From the NCBI GenBank assembly GCA_964252035.1, contig OZ176201.1: a DNA stretch of 64,000 bases; one strand, 5' to 3'. Positions 11,640-23,760 of this stretch are shown piece after piece. The stretch is from Podarcis erhardii (Eukaryota). How positions within the stretch are numbered: the stretch's first letter is position 1; the number at the start of each line of letters is the position of its first letter. The translations under genes and the position numbers were made by a program. A model generated the notes under the pieces. That model searched no databases. It worked only from the letters and a program-made list of their open reading frames with translations, and was not told the origin of the DNA.

Positions 11640-12144
11640 GGTTTCTTCTGCTTGCTTTGATTAATCATGGCTCTGCTTTTCTATTACTGATAAAGAAAAC
11701 CTATCTTTTAAAGCACAAATATCTTATCCTGTGGTTGTGCTGAAAATAGGGGGCCTACCTACAAAATTTTAGCCTCATTGCTATTATCATCTTTCAAAAT
11801 GAGGAAGGGGAATGATTGAGCTCGGAGAAACCCCTATGCTATCATATAATCTGGGAGACATGAGACTCCTAATTCATTTCAAGATTACTTCTGAATAAGG
11901 TTATTGACTGTCCAGGAGTGAAATGCACAGTAAATTGGTTGCAGACATTACCCGTGGGAGCTGTAGGTGCCCCTTGTAAAATATGGTGATCATAGCAGGG
12001 TGCCCAAGTGCAATGGAGGAAAACCCTTTTGCATCTTTAATGGTCGTGTAGAAGAGGGTATTTCGCAGTGCCACTTGCATGAGAAGTTGAAGAAATTCCT
12101 TCTTGCATGCATCTTCTAATGGCATAGAAACTCTTCTGCCTCTA

Positions 12145-12332
12145 GCCATATGGAAGCTGCCTTGCACTGAGTCAGCCCACAGGTCCATCAAGCTCAGTAT
12201 TGTCTTCACTGACTGGCAGCAGCTTTCTTGAATTTCAGGCAGGTGACATTCCCAGCCCTGCCTGGACATGCTGGGCATTAAGCCTGGGACCTTCTGCATG
12301 TGGGGCAGGTGCTCTGCCGCTGAGCTACGGAG
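12145..12332 (-). mobile_element. tRNA-derived SINE (Squam3-like)
   Basis: Minus strand: GTAGCTCAGCGGCAGAGCACCTG...GAAGGTCCCAGGCTTAATGCCCAGCAT head, then CTGCCAGTCAGTGAAGACAATACTGAGCT...AAGGCAGCTTCC tail; naming from memory. Confidence 0.75.
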
Positions 12333-13219
12333 CTTCTCCGACCTGGTTAAGAGCACAACCTGGTATTGGAGCCCATTTCATAATCACAACTGCACTGCTG
12401 GTGTTAAAGAGAGAGAGAGAGGGGGGGGGAGGCTGGCTCGTGCTTTCAGAGCAGCCTGCCTTTTGTGATGGATGCCAAGTGTGATTTGTTCATAGCTAGG
12501 ATGGAGGCTGAATAACATTCTTTGTTGCTGCCACTACTAGAAGTGAGTCGTATTCTGTTGCAGATTGGGCTTTGTGGAGCCCATCTCAGAACCTCGGCTG
12601 ATCTGAAAGGGTCATTCCCAAGACAGAAGGATAACAATTGGATTCGGATCAGAGTGGAGCCAACAATCCTGAAGCAAGAACCTGGCATGGCTTTGCAGGG
12701 TCCCCCTTGAGCCTTTGGGCATCTTGAAGCATTCCTTCCTTCTCTCTCCCTCTCTCCCTCTCCCATTGTAACCTGCCCATTGTGCTGGGCATTCAGAACA
12801 GGTTTTACTGCTAAAGCTGCCAAGCCCTTGGATGTGGTATTCTCTCTCTCTCTCTCTCAACCCCCCCTCCCATCACTCCATGCAGAATGCTGAATAAATC
12901 AAGATGGTTTGGACTGAGCTGAAGTGAAATATTCCTTGTTTCCTTGCCCAGATTTGCTGTTTCCTTCCAGCTCTGAGGCACTGGCCCATATTGCACATTT
13001 GAATTTAAAAGCAGACATGCACTTGGGCTTTTTTCTTTTTTTAAAAAAAGAACTAATGAAATGGGATTGGGGTGGAGAGAGAGAGACAAAGAGAGTGAGA
13101 GACTTTTTTTTTTTTAAAAAAAAGACTTCTAGCTCCTGTGTTGTAGCCACTTTCCACGTACTCTCTCATTAATAGGGAATGTAAACCTTTTGCAAACTTT
13201 GCCAAGCAGAGCAAGGAGC

Positions 13220-13460
13220 TTTTGATTGGCGCCTGCTCCTGGGGAGCATAAGTGATTCAGCCAGGTGGGTGAAGAGTGGTGAAGGCAAGACGAGCGAGTG
13301 GGTTGCGAGAAGCAGAGGAGGGGAAGAAGGGCTCCCCGGTGAGGCCATCCCGCTGCTTGTTTATGCTTTTACCAGCCGAAGGATACAAGTGTGGTTTAGG
13401 AGTCTGGCTGGAGCACTGCGTTTGCTGACCAATTGGGCGAGGGCGGGGTGAGTCATTTTC
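13220..13460 (+). promoter_or_regulatory. Candidate promoter or first-exon/enhancer
   Basis: ATTGG 13225-13229, palindromic CCAATTGG 13429-13436, GC box GGGCGGGG 13441-13448, AP-1 TGAGTCA 13449-13455 overlapping a GG/GTGAGT donor-like site; locally CpG-enriched and TE-free. Confidence 0.4.
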
Positions 13461-14240
13461 TTCCAGCCAACTGTGCTTGTTTGCCATTATAAGCACTTTA
13501 CATCAGCAATCAGTGCTAAGTGTGCTTATTTTATTTTCTTGTCTAATGGCTGGAGTTAGATCTTCTTTCTGGTCTGTGTCAGCACTAAGGGTTGGGAGTC
13601 TTGGGACTGTTCCATGTGAGCTTCAAAATATGTTTGACCTGTTTGCTCTACAAAACCAAGCAGCTGTTCCGCTCTCACCCTACAGCCACCTAATGATGTT
13701 TGTAGCTTTAAGGCAGGATCTGTAGGGAAAGATTATTGCTCTGCTGCAGGAACCACGAGTGTGTGGCTCCCCATACTATTGCTGCACAGCGGCTGATGGG
13801 AGCAGTTGTCCAAACACATCTGGAGACTCACAGGTTCTCTACCTCTGCTCCACTGCATTTGATGTTAGCCACATACGATCATTGCATGATATGCCTGCTT
13901 GTTTAGACAGGTATGAAATTTGAAAAGCAAACTGGAGGGGAATGGGCAAGTGGACACGTCCTTTGATCACCTGTACCTATTTGGGCTGACTCCATCATTT
14001 CACAACTTATGAAAAAAATAAATAACTTCTCGTATGCAGAGTTACTCAGGAACTCTAAGAAGCCCAAAATTCAGAACAGTTTTGAAATCAGTGATTATAA
14101 TCAGTGCAGTTTTTAAAAAGGTTCAGTCTGCCATCTTGATTTAAAACAATGTTTGACTGTATCCAGTCAGTGGAAGAGAGAGGGGAAAGTCCTGTTGTGC
14201 TTGCAGGAGTTCTTGTGCTGTCTTCTGTCTTGTGTTAGCT

Positions 14241-14376
14241 CAGGGTTTCCCAAACTTAGGTCTCCAGCTATTTTTGGACTATAACTCACATCATCCCTAG
14301 CTAGCAGGACCAGTGGTCAGGGATGATGGGAATTGTAGTCCAAAAGCATCTGGAGACCCCAGTTTGGGAAACCCCG
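14241..14376. mobile_element. hAT (Charlie/Buster-type) MITE
   Basis: TIRs CAGGGTTTCCCAAACT / AGTTTGGGAAACCCCG, fully palindromic body, 8-bp TSD TGTTAGCT / GGTTAGCT. Confidence 0.9.
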
Positions 14377-15032
14377 GGTTAGCTGAATCTGCCCTGCTCC
14401 TTTGTTTTCAGTCTGTGCATAACTTCCTGCTGAAATCCTGCAGCTTTCCATACAAAGAATACTGTCATTTATCCCCTTTTTATCCCACTTTTGATGAACT
14501 ATATCTCAAGAATGGCCCTGCAGACAGCAATAATGAAATAACTATGGGGAAGCACTGCAGAAAAACGAATGAAGTAGATTGATATGTGGACGGTCCATTA
14601 TAAATCCACTCCTAAAGCACTATTGTTGTATCAATGACATGCTGCAGAATACATGCATGGCAGGGGAACCCACCAGTCTGGAGAGCCCTACATCACAGAA
14701 CTTTCAGTCTACTGCTTTCTTGCTTTTTGTTTTCTTCCATTCTTCTATTTCCACTCATCCTATGGTCTCTCTCCTCAGCCTCTTCATCCTACTGGCTTCA
14801 CAACCCCAATTCTGCCATGAAGCTCATTAGGTCGTCAGGGCCATTAGGAGGCCTCCATTGCTCAGCCTCAGTGGGTTGCTCCTGAGGAATAACCTCAGGT
14901 TGACAGGCATGGAGTTCTTGTAGCAAGGGCAGGATACAAATAGGATAAATACATACATATTATGTGGATATGTGCATTTCTACTTCATTTATCCTTTCAT
15001 TTCTCTCACTCGTCCTCTTCCGTTGCATTCTT

Positions 15033-15173
15033 NNNNNNNNNNNNNNNNNNNNNNNNNNNNNNNNNNNNNNNNNNNNNNNNNNNNNNNNNNNNNNNNNNNN
15101 NNNNNNNNNNNNNNNNNNNNNNNNNNNNNNNNNNNNNNNNNNNNNNNNNNNNNNNNNNNNNNNNNNNNNNNNN
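15033..15173. other. Assembly gap (141 N)
   Basis: Run of N; ORFs spanning it are artefacts. Confidence 1.
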
Positions 15174-16387
15174 CACCCACCCAGGTACTTTATTCCGAGA
15201 AATGTCAGCATCCATCTGCCAGGCTGAAAAATCATTGGGGACTTGTAAACAATTCTCCCCTGACATTTGGAATTTCCCTGCCTGCCCCTGAGACCCTTGA
15301 GAGCACTCTTGGCTGCTAAAGCTCAATGGCTTTCTCTTTAAAATGATTGCTTTAAATGGCATAACATGCCTGAACTCCCGAAAGCCCCACAGGAAAAAAA
15401 GAGAAAAGAAAAGCTACGCTGTTTGAAGCCCTCCCCTTCCCAAAGCAAGCACCACACAGAAGCCTGGCCTTCTCGAGGCCTTGCAGAAATATTCACCTGC
15501 TAAATGAATAATAAAATAATTACCACCTAGCGCAATGTCGTGATTAAGAGGTCTGTTCAGGAAGCAGGCCTGTAGAAATAAATCCGCGCTGCAGCAATTT
15601 GCAGCGAGAAACAATGCACAAAGCATGATGGAGAGGGAGTTCCAAGGAAAAGGCTTAAATAAGAAACATGGTGCCTGCTTCTGTACGGTGTATGAATGAT
15701 GCTGCCCCTTAGTAGCTGCCAATTCAGGGCCTGAACAAATAACCTCTGAGTGTACAGTGGAAGGTGCTTGAAAAGCATGTGTGTGAAAACTCCCCTAAGC
15801 CCAGGGAGGGGGAAGCTGTGACCACTTGCACCCCAATGCTGCTGAACTACAAGCCCATCACCCCTGGCTATGCTGGGTAGAGCTGGTGGGAGTTGGAACC
15901 AAACTACCTTTGGAGGGCCACAGCTTCCCCATTCCCTGTTCTAGGCACAGGTTGTGATTAGATGGGTCCACATAAGGATTTGACTTTCTTCAAAATATGG
16001 CACCTCCCAATGAAAGTCGAAAGCCATGGCAGCAAGTTGCAAAGCAGGTTCACCATGAACCTGCTAAGGTGGACACTAATTGTCCTGAAGGATTTCTCAC
16101 AGCTTCCACAAGGTCATAGAGAGGGCCCTCAGTGGGGCCACAATGAGAGGTGGCCATTTTGCCCGTGGTTTGGGACGTGAGGGAACATCACTGACAGAAA
16201 TCAATGAGGCCTGTGCTTTTCACTGGGAGTCAGAAGAACATGGCCGTAATCCTTTGATCTTTTGGCTCCATTCAGTTGCAGAAATGGCCCTTCAGAGAGT
16301 TGTTATAGCCAAGCGTCAAGTCCCAGATGCTCTAAACAGTGGGCAAGTACCGTGATAGAAGAGCAGGAATAATGGCTGTGCAGATTT

Positions 16388-16388
<1 letters not shown>

Positions 16389-16432
<44 letters not shown>
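16389..16432. repeat. (AAT)n microsatellite
   Basis: Perfect AAT array. Confidence 0.95.
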
Positions 16433-16433
<1 letters not shown>

Positions 16434-17229
16434 ACCCTATGTTGAAAGGCCTCAGGACTGAAGCTGTTAAACATAAACTTTAGAAACCCACCTCTTTCTC
16501 CACTACCACCCAGCAGTCAAAGGCATTGTGAATCACACACCCTTTTCTGGCAATCAACACACTGGGAATAGTTGTTAGGGGAAGTAAAGAATTCTGAAAA
16601 TGTAAAGCATGACATATATTTGGAGGTTAGGATTTGTCTCAGTTGCTGGGTGGAGGTCAGTTATTCCCTCCCAGCTCAGACCTACCCAGTGATCCTCCTC
16701 CTTGTTAACAACAGGAAAATTAATTCTGCACCAGGATTTAATTCTATCCAGAGCTTAGTGCTGAGCATTGGAAGAATTGTAGTTGTAATGGGCTCCAAGT
16801 GCTTATGGGAGTTTCAAAATCAGAGGATGTACCTTCCAGGAAAGTTTGAGCTCCAGGAACTACCTGCTGGGCACTCTCCCTGCTCCCTATCCAAACTCTC
16901 CTAATGGCAAGTGACTTAGGAAGGACGCCAGGAGGCTGGAGCCAAGATGTACTTCAGGTTGTGCTCCTGGTTCCATTCAGAAATGCTTAGGGCTTGATCT
17001 CATGGGACTTGGGGAATGAGAAGATCTAGCCATGTGCTTAGCAGACAGGGCTGCTACGGAAAAATACAGGAAGATAGGAAGCTGCCTTAAACCACATCCA
17101 TTGTATGTACTGGCAGTGCCTGTGCAGGATCTCTTGCTGCCTAATTATTTTCATCCTATCATACCATCCAACATTCCTCTGATGAAAATAGGAATGTAGT
17201 AGTAGTTGTAGTAGTAGTAGTAGTATTGT

Positions 17230-17510
17230 AGTATTTATACCTTGCCCATCTGACTATGATGCCCCAGCCACTCTGGGCAACTTCTAACATATATAAAAAC
17301 ATAATAACACATTAAACATTTATAAACCTCCCTATACAGGGCTGCCTTCCGATGGCTCGGGGGTTGGATAACTCCATTCCTTCCAATATTTCTCTGATGA
17401 AAATAGGGACTTCCTAAGGGAAAGTCGGACATTCTGGCATCAAATTAGAAACCGGGATGTCTTCTGTAAGTCCAGGACTGTCCCTGGAAAATAGGGACAC
17501 TTGGAGGGTC
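17230..17510. mobile_element. L2 3' tail (minus) fused to a hAT-like MITE fragment; same family as 61680-61822
   Basis: TATTTATACCTTGCCCATCTG...CCAGCCACTCTGGGCAACTTC is the reverse L2 tail; GAAAATAGGGAC...CTGTCCCTGGAAAATAGGGACACTTGGAGGGTCTG is shared with 61680-61822. Confidence 0.7.
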
Positions 17511-17534
17511 TGTCCTATTAAGAAGCCAGCGATT

Positions 17535-17610
17535 GAACCTGGGACCTTATACATGCAAAGTGGGTGCCTTACTCCTGAGCTACTCCCCTAGGGATTTGCA
17601 GTTGGAGTGG
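17535..17610 (-). mobile_element. tRNA-derived SINE head fragment
   Basis: GATTGAACCTGGGACCTT...TGAGCTAC: reverse complement of degenerate A/B boxes. Confidence 0.6.
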
Positions 17611-17784
17611 GACCAAGGCTGGAGAGATGTTCCAGAGAGGGCTAGTTCAACAGATTTGCTGGGCAGTGAAAGGAAGAGCAATGTCATTGAGAAGCTCAAA
17701 CCACATGCCTACTTTCTGGGGAAGCTATTTCTAGGTATCCTCCATTTTATCTGCATGCTGCCAAAGCAATTTGCAAATGGACAT

Positions 17785-17915
17785 AGAATCAGAGAGTTGG
17801 AAGGGACCTTGAGGGTCATCTAATCCAACCTCCTGCATTGTAGGAATCTCAACTGATGTATCCACAACAGATGGCAATCCAACCTCTACTTAAAAACATC
17901 CAGTGAAGGAGAAGA
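17785..17915 (-). mobile_element. CR1 3' end fragment
   Basis: CATAGAATC..AGAGTTGGAAGGGACCTTGAGGGTCATCTAATCCAACC: reverse CR1 hairpin and octamer. Confidence 0.8.
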
Positions 17916-19347
17916 GGTCTGCAACCAAGCACATGCTCAGTTCTCTGTCTTGAAGAAAGAACCAGCCTCCTTGTCTTTTAACGATGGGTCACTCCAGATG
18001 TCCTTCTTCTTGTGCATTCATGATTATTCATGCTTATGTTGGTATCAAGCCAGTTAAACACAATCCCACTTTTAATACTTTTTGCACCTATTTGGGGCCA
18101 ACAATGGTACTTCATTTCCAATCTGTGCATATCAACTTTTGCATTTAATACCATGAACTTTTTATACCATGGACGCTCCAGATTGTTTGTTTGTTTTGTT
18201 CTGCTTTTGTTGCACTCTAGTACAAGAGCATTCCTCTGGACAGCAATAATGCAGTAACATTGGGAAAGCACCGAAGAACCCGACTAGAGCAGACTGATGT
18301 GTGAACGATACAGTATAACCTTACCACCGATGCACTATTCTTGCCTCTATGACACTTGCAGAATACACCCCTGCAAAAAAAACCCACAAAACACTAGTCT
18401 GCAGCGTTCAGTGAAAAACAAAAGGAATTAGAGAACAAAAGGACCAAGCAAGCTGGGGTGTGTGTGTGTGGCTATGAATTGGCACAATGATGTACTTCTG
18501 AGCCCCAAAGTGCAGGAATGCATCTGTTGTGCTGCACGTGCCTACTGGCATTCAAGAGGTTATTAACAAGGATTAATTGTGGCCTGCTTGGTCCTGGCCT
18601 GCTTTGCCTCCACCCGTCTCTCTCGCTCTCTCCCTCCTACACTCACAGGGTCCCCCAAGCAGGTAATTTATGCAGGCGGCAATGTGGGTAGCTGCTTGCT
18701 GATTGGCAGCTTTGCCATTGGGCACCTGTGCCGCGTTTGAGGCAATAAATAATCCTATCAGCCACGCTCCATCAGGCAGGATATTAGCTGGAGATTGTTA
18801 AGGATGTTGTGATATTGTGCTATAGTCACCTGCACCGGTGAGAGTTTTGCTCTTCTCCAGCTTCTTCCCTGGCCGTAGCCCGAAAATGGTTTACAGATTG
18901 TATGTCACTGACCTGTATGAGGGACTTTGTCAGATCTGCCAAGACTGTGGAATTTTAAATCAGATCTCCAGGAATGCCGTTTACAGAGGGAGCAGATTCA
19001 GACCACACGTAATGGCACCTGGTTATTATGAAGTCTAAAAAGGAACCACAGCAAATGCTCTTAAAATGCACAACTTTTGTGGCTTAATCTTGATTCCTGC
19101 ATTGCAGGGGGTAGGACTATTTGACTCTCAGGGTGCTTTCCAATTCTATGATTCCATATACAAGATCTGGGCTTTGAGTTCTGCAGTGAATCTTGTCCTT
19201 TCCCCTGAATTCTGAAATGAGCCCCCTGCAGATCTGTAATCTTAATGGCTCTTTGCTGTTTATAATGCTCCAGATTTCCCCCTAACCCAGACAGTCTTCT
19301 AATAAGTCTCCCTCACACACACTCCAACACCTCCGGCTATAGGGTGG

Positions 19348-19348
<1 letters not shown>

Positions 19349-19407
<59 letters not shown>
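19349..19407. repeat. (AAT)n microsatellite
   Basis: Perfect AAT array. Confidence 0.95.
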
Positions 19408-20560
19408 TTGTGCCACTCTGTGCAGGTATAATTCTTTCTCTTGGATTTCCTGTTCTTGTTTCCTCTCCCAGAATTACTGGCCGACACTAATCAAAACTCT
19501 TGCCCCGGGATGAAGAATCTCTAAACAAACAACAGGTGGTAAGGGAACCAATGGAGGGAGAGGGGTCTCTCTTGAGGGGCCCATGGCAAGACTAGTTGTG
19601 CAACACACAACCCTCCTCCCTCCATAAATCATTGCCTCCTCCCCCGCCCTTGCTAGCCAGGCAGCCACCTCCTCTGGGATTCAGGGAGTCAGTTCTATGA
19701 GAGCAGATGGCCTTTGCAGTTTCAAGCACAGATCTGTCAAAAGGACGGATACGTTCCCTAATTACTAACACCACGATTAAATGTCTAGAAGATCCACTGA
19801 TTGCCATTACATCTTGTTACATTGCAGCTTACATGGCACGTGACTGCAGGCGGCATTTGCTGCGTGCCTGTGGAAGCACGGCAGCATTGTAATTCTGAAC
19901 TTCGTTATATGTGCACAGACATATGTTTCTGCAATCTGCTCGGGGGGTGTTGTTATTTGGTATGTGTTTTGGGTCTTGCAGATTCAGGGCCTGCCCTTTC
20001 CCTCCTTTGCCCTAGATCCCTTTGCTCCCTCCTTCCCCAGTTTCATGTTTCTGCCTCTTCACGCAACATGTTACCTGGCATGACTTCCTGCCTCCCCGCC
20101 CCCCGGCCCTCACCAAAGTTGGGGACTCTCCTAAGAAGGCACCAGCTGCTGAAAATGGGTCTCAGCAGGTGGGGAAAGTGGCTGTGAAACTAATATAGCT
20201 GATCTCAAGGCACATTGGCTCATCTGGTGGCTGTGATGGAAAAGGAGCAGGAATAGCATAGACCAGAATCATGGTACTGACTGTATTGTACGATTTACCA
20301 AAGATGTACATTCAGGAGGATGAAGCTTCAGTCACTGCTTCTTTCAGAAAAGTGTCTGACCTAAAAGATTTTCCACGAGGAGAAAGAATCTGGTTAGCTC
20401 CAGATGGGTTTTTTGATGGGTTGTCCCCATTAACCAGTTGGTTGGTTAGTTGGTTGGCATGTAATTAAATGGGGCCGTCCAAACATACAAACCTAAAAAA
20501 TCATGCCTGAATGGGACATGTATGCAAGAGTCTACCTCCATGCATTTTAACCAGATTATC

Positions 20561-23303
20561 TTTTTTTTTTAATTTCTCTTTATTAAGTTTCATTCTTCAC
20601 ATACTCACAAAAAAGTAAAACACAAAACATTAAATAAAAGATAAAAGAGCACCATCGCAAAAAGAAAAAAAGGGGACAGGTCAAAAAAGAGAAAAAATAA
20701 AAAAGGGGAAAAAAATAAACATTAGACCAATACAAATCACACACTATCTGACTTCCTTCCCTATTGATTTCGGATTTCTAATTTTTTAAAATATCACTTT
20801 TGCCGCTGATATTGATTATTAGTTTGTACATCGGAAGTTTTATATTAGACCTGCTATAGTTGGTAGGTTTTTAAAGTTAGTTTCTATATATGCCATGAAT
20901 TTAGACCAATCGTTATTCAACTTTGTATTCTTTTGTTCTCTGATTCTCTGCGTCATTTTTGCCAATTCGACAAAATCATATAGTTTTGTTTGCCACTCCC
21001 TTACGGTTGGTATATGCGTACTTTTCCAATTTTGAGCGATTAACATTCTGGCCGCTGCTGTTGAATATTGGAATAAAGTTTTATCTTCTTTCCTAATTTC
21101 CTCCCCAATCATACCTAATAAAAAGGCCTCTGGCTTTTTAGGGAACGTGTATCTAAATATTTTTTTTAACTCATTATATATCGTGTCCCAAAATTTTTTT
21201 ATTTCCCCACATGTCCACCACATGTGTATAAAATTACCTTCTTTTATTTTGCATTTCCAGCAGGCCTTATTACCAGTCTTGTACATCTTATTTAGTTTCT
21301 CTGGTGTTATATACCATCTGTATATCATCTTCTCTAAGTTTTCTCTGATTGCAACACTCGCCGTAAATTTTATTCCCTCATTCCACAGCTTTGACCATTT
21401 TTCATATTCTATGTTGTGCCCCAGGTCTATCGCCCACTTCACCATAACTTCCTTAATTTCTTCGTCTTTTGTATCCCAATCTAATAATATATTATACATT
21501 TTGGATAGTAACTTAGATTTACTTTCTATTATTTCTGTCTGAAATTTCGATTTCTTGTCATTCATTCCAATTTTTTTGTCTTCTGTCCATATTGCGTTGA
21601 TTTGATGATACTGTAGCCAGCTTGTCAATTTCCCCTTCAGCTCCTCATATGGTCTTAGTTTCCAACTGTCTTCCGATCTTATCAATAAATCTTCATATGT
21701 TAGTTTTGGCTCCTCCATGTTAATTTTTTTAATTATTAGGATGTTTGTTGGGGACAGCCACCAAGGTGTTCTCCATTCCAACAGCTTTTTGTTTTTTTCC
21801 CAGGCTTCATATAATGGACCCCTGATAATATGATTTGAGAACCCCTTGTGGGCTTTCTCCTTATTTGACCATAGGTAGGCATGCCAGCCAAACCTATTGT
21901 CTGCCCCTTCCAAGTCCAATAGGTCAGAATCTTCCAATGTTATCCAATCCTTAACCCAACATAGGCAGGCGGCTTCATAATATAATTTTAGGTTAGGGAC
22001 TGCGAGCCCTCCTCTCTCCTTTCGATCCGTGAGTAATTTAAATCTGATCCTTGGCCTCCTTCCCTGCCATATGAATCTTGAAAGGGTTTTCTGCCAGTCT
22101 TTGAATAATTTAGACCCCCTAATTACAGGGATGTTTTGGAATAAAAACAGCATTTTTGGAAGGACATTCATCTTTATTGCCTCCATCCTACCCATCCATG
22201 AGAGATTAACTCTATTCCAGACATCCATATCTTTTTTGATTTCTTTCCATGTTGTCGAATAATTGTCTTCAATTAAATTTATATTTTTTGATGTAAGCCA
22301 TATTCCTAAATATTTTATTTTTTTTGCTACCAATATACCATATTTTCTCTCTAATTTTTCTTTTTCCACCTTTCCTAAATTCTTTATTAGCATCTTTGTC
22401 TTTAATTTATTCAATATAAAGCCTGATGATTTACCGTATTCTTCTAAAGACTCCAGCGCTTTACCAATGCTTCTTTGCGGCTCTTCCAGGGATAACATCA
22501 GATCGTCCGCATAGGCTTTTAACTTGTATTCCTTCAGTCCTATTTTAATTCCTTGTATTTCTGGTATCGATCTTAATTTGTTCGCCAGAACTTCAAGCAC
22601 CATGATGAATAAGAGCGGGGAGAGAGGGCACCCCTGCCTTGTTCCCTTCTCTATTTTAAATGTATTTGTAAGATTATTATTTATTACCAATTTTGCCAAT
22701 TGTGTTGAATATATTGCCTGTATTCCTTTTAAAAATTCTCCCTCTATCCCAGCCTTTTCCATAGATTTTATTAAAAACGCCCAAGAGACATTATCGAACG
22801 CCTTTTCGGCGTCTATGAAAATCAGTGCCGCCGGTATCTCATTGTTGATCTCTAAATACTCAATTATGTTTATAACATGTCTTACATTGTCTTTCAAAAA
22901 CCTGTTCGGGAGGAAACCCGCCTGGTCTTTATGGATTAAATTTGCTAAACACTTTTTCAGTCTACTTGCCATGATGTCTGCATATATTTTATAGTCATTA
23001 TTTAATAGAGATATTGGCCTGTAATTTTTAATGTTCAATTTATCTGTGTCCGGTTTTGGAATTAACGTTATAAATGCCTCCCTCCAAGACTCAGGTATTT
23101 TTCCTCCTTTCAGGATATTATTCAATGTCTTACAAAGCGCTGGTGTCAATTGACTTTCCAAAACTTTATAGTATTTTGCCGATAAACCATCCGGTCCCGG
23201 AGCTTTCCCTAACTTCATTTTTTTAATCGCCTCCTGAATCTCTTCTATTCTTATGGGTCTGTTTAGTTGAGATCTCTCTTCTTCTGTTACAGTCTTTCCT
23301 TCA
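20561..23303 (-). mobile_element. Very young 5'-truncated L1 retrotransposon (2.74 kb)
   Basis: Poly(A) as T10 at 20561-20570, about 270-nt 3'UTR, uninterrupted ORF2 fragment, perfect 18-bp TSD CATTTTAACCAGATTATC at 20543-20560 and 23304-23321. Confidence 0.97.
20840..23303 (-). CDS. L1 ORF2 fragment: reverse transcriptase + C-terminal Cys-rich domain, endonuclease missing
   Basis: Motifs KAPGPDG, NYRPISLLNNDYKI, DAEKAFDNV, GTRQGCPLSPLLF, YADD, KYLGI and CWKC...HMWWTC; no stop or frameshift; first internal ATG at 23218 (792 aa to TAA at 20842-20840). Confidence 0.95.
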
Positions 23304-23760
23304 CATTTTAACCAGATTATCAACAACAGCAGCAGCAACAAAATATATAACAATGAGAGAAGTTGAGTCTATTCAGTATTAAGAGGTGCCACTGCATTCT
23401 GTGATGTCCTTGAAGAATGTGCAACAAGTCAAAGTAGAAACTTGCTGGAATAATGGCTGCCTATAGATAGAATGCACAATTCAAAGGCTCTGCTGTTATA
23501 CACTGGCAAATGGTATTTGCAACACACAGGTTCTACAGAAAGAGTTCCCAAATATCTTATTAAGGATAATTTCCTGTGTTACGCATAATGCTACTGAATT
23601 AACCTTATAAGGACAGCTTTAACATATCTTCATGATGCTTATTATTTGCCTGACAGGATAGTAGTCTAGTAATATGTCAACTTCACCCCTGACCTACCTT
23701 CCTTCCTTCCTTCCCAGATATGTAATAAATTTAGCTCTGAGCTCACATATCATGAGAGGA

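Noticed and set aside
11898-12120. 72-codon open frame VIDCPGVKCT...LLACIF on plus and a 151-aa ORF on minus
   Set aside because: No recognisable domain, weak splice signals, and the minus ORF begins inside a SINE.
14960-15362. ORFs containing X runs
   Set aside because: They span the 141-N assembly gap.
21147-22994. Several 77-156 aa plus-strand ORFs
   Set aside because: Antisense shadows of the L1 ORF2, with no independent features.
23304-23353. Hydrophobic signal-peptide-like leader MLYILLLLLLLIIW fused in frame to the L1 RT
   Set aside because: The start is TTG, not ATG; an in-frame TAG lies a few codons upstream; the Leu run is the reverse of a CAA/CAG simple repeat in flanking DNA.
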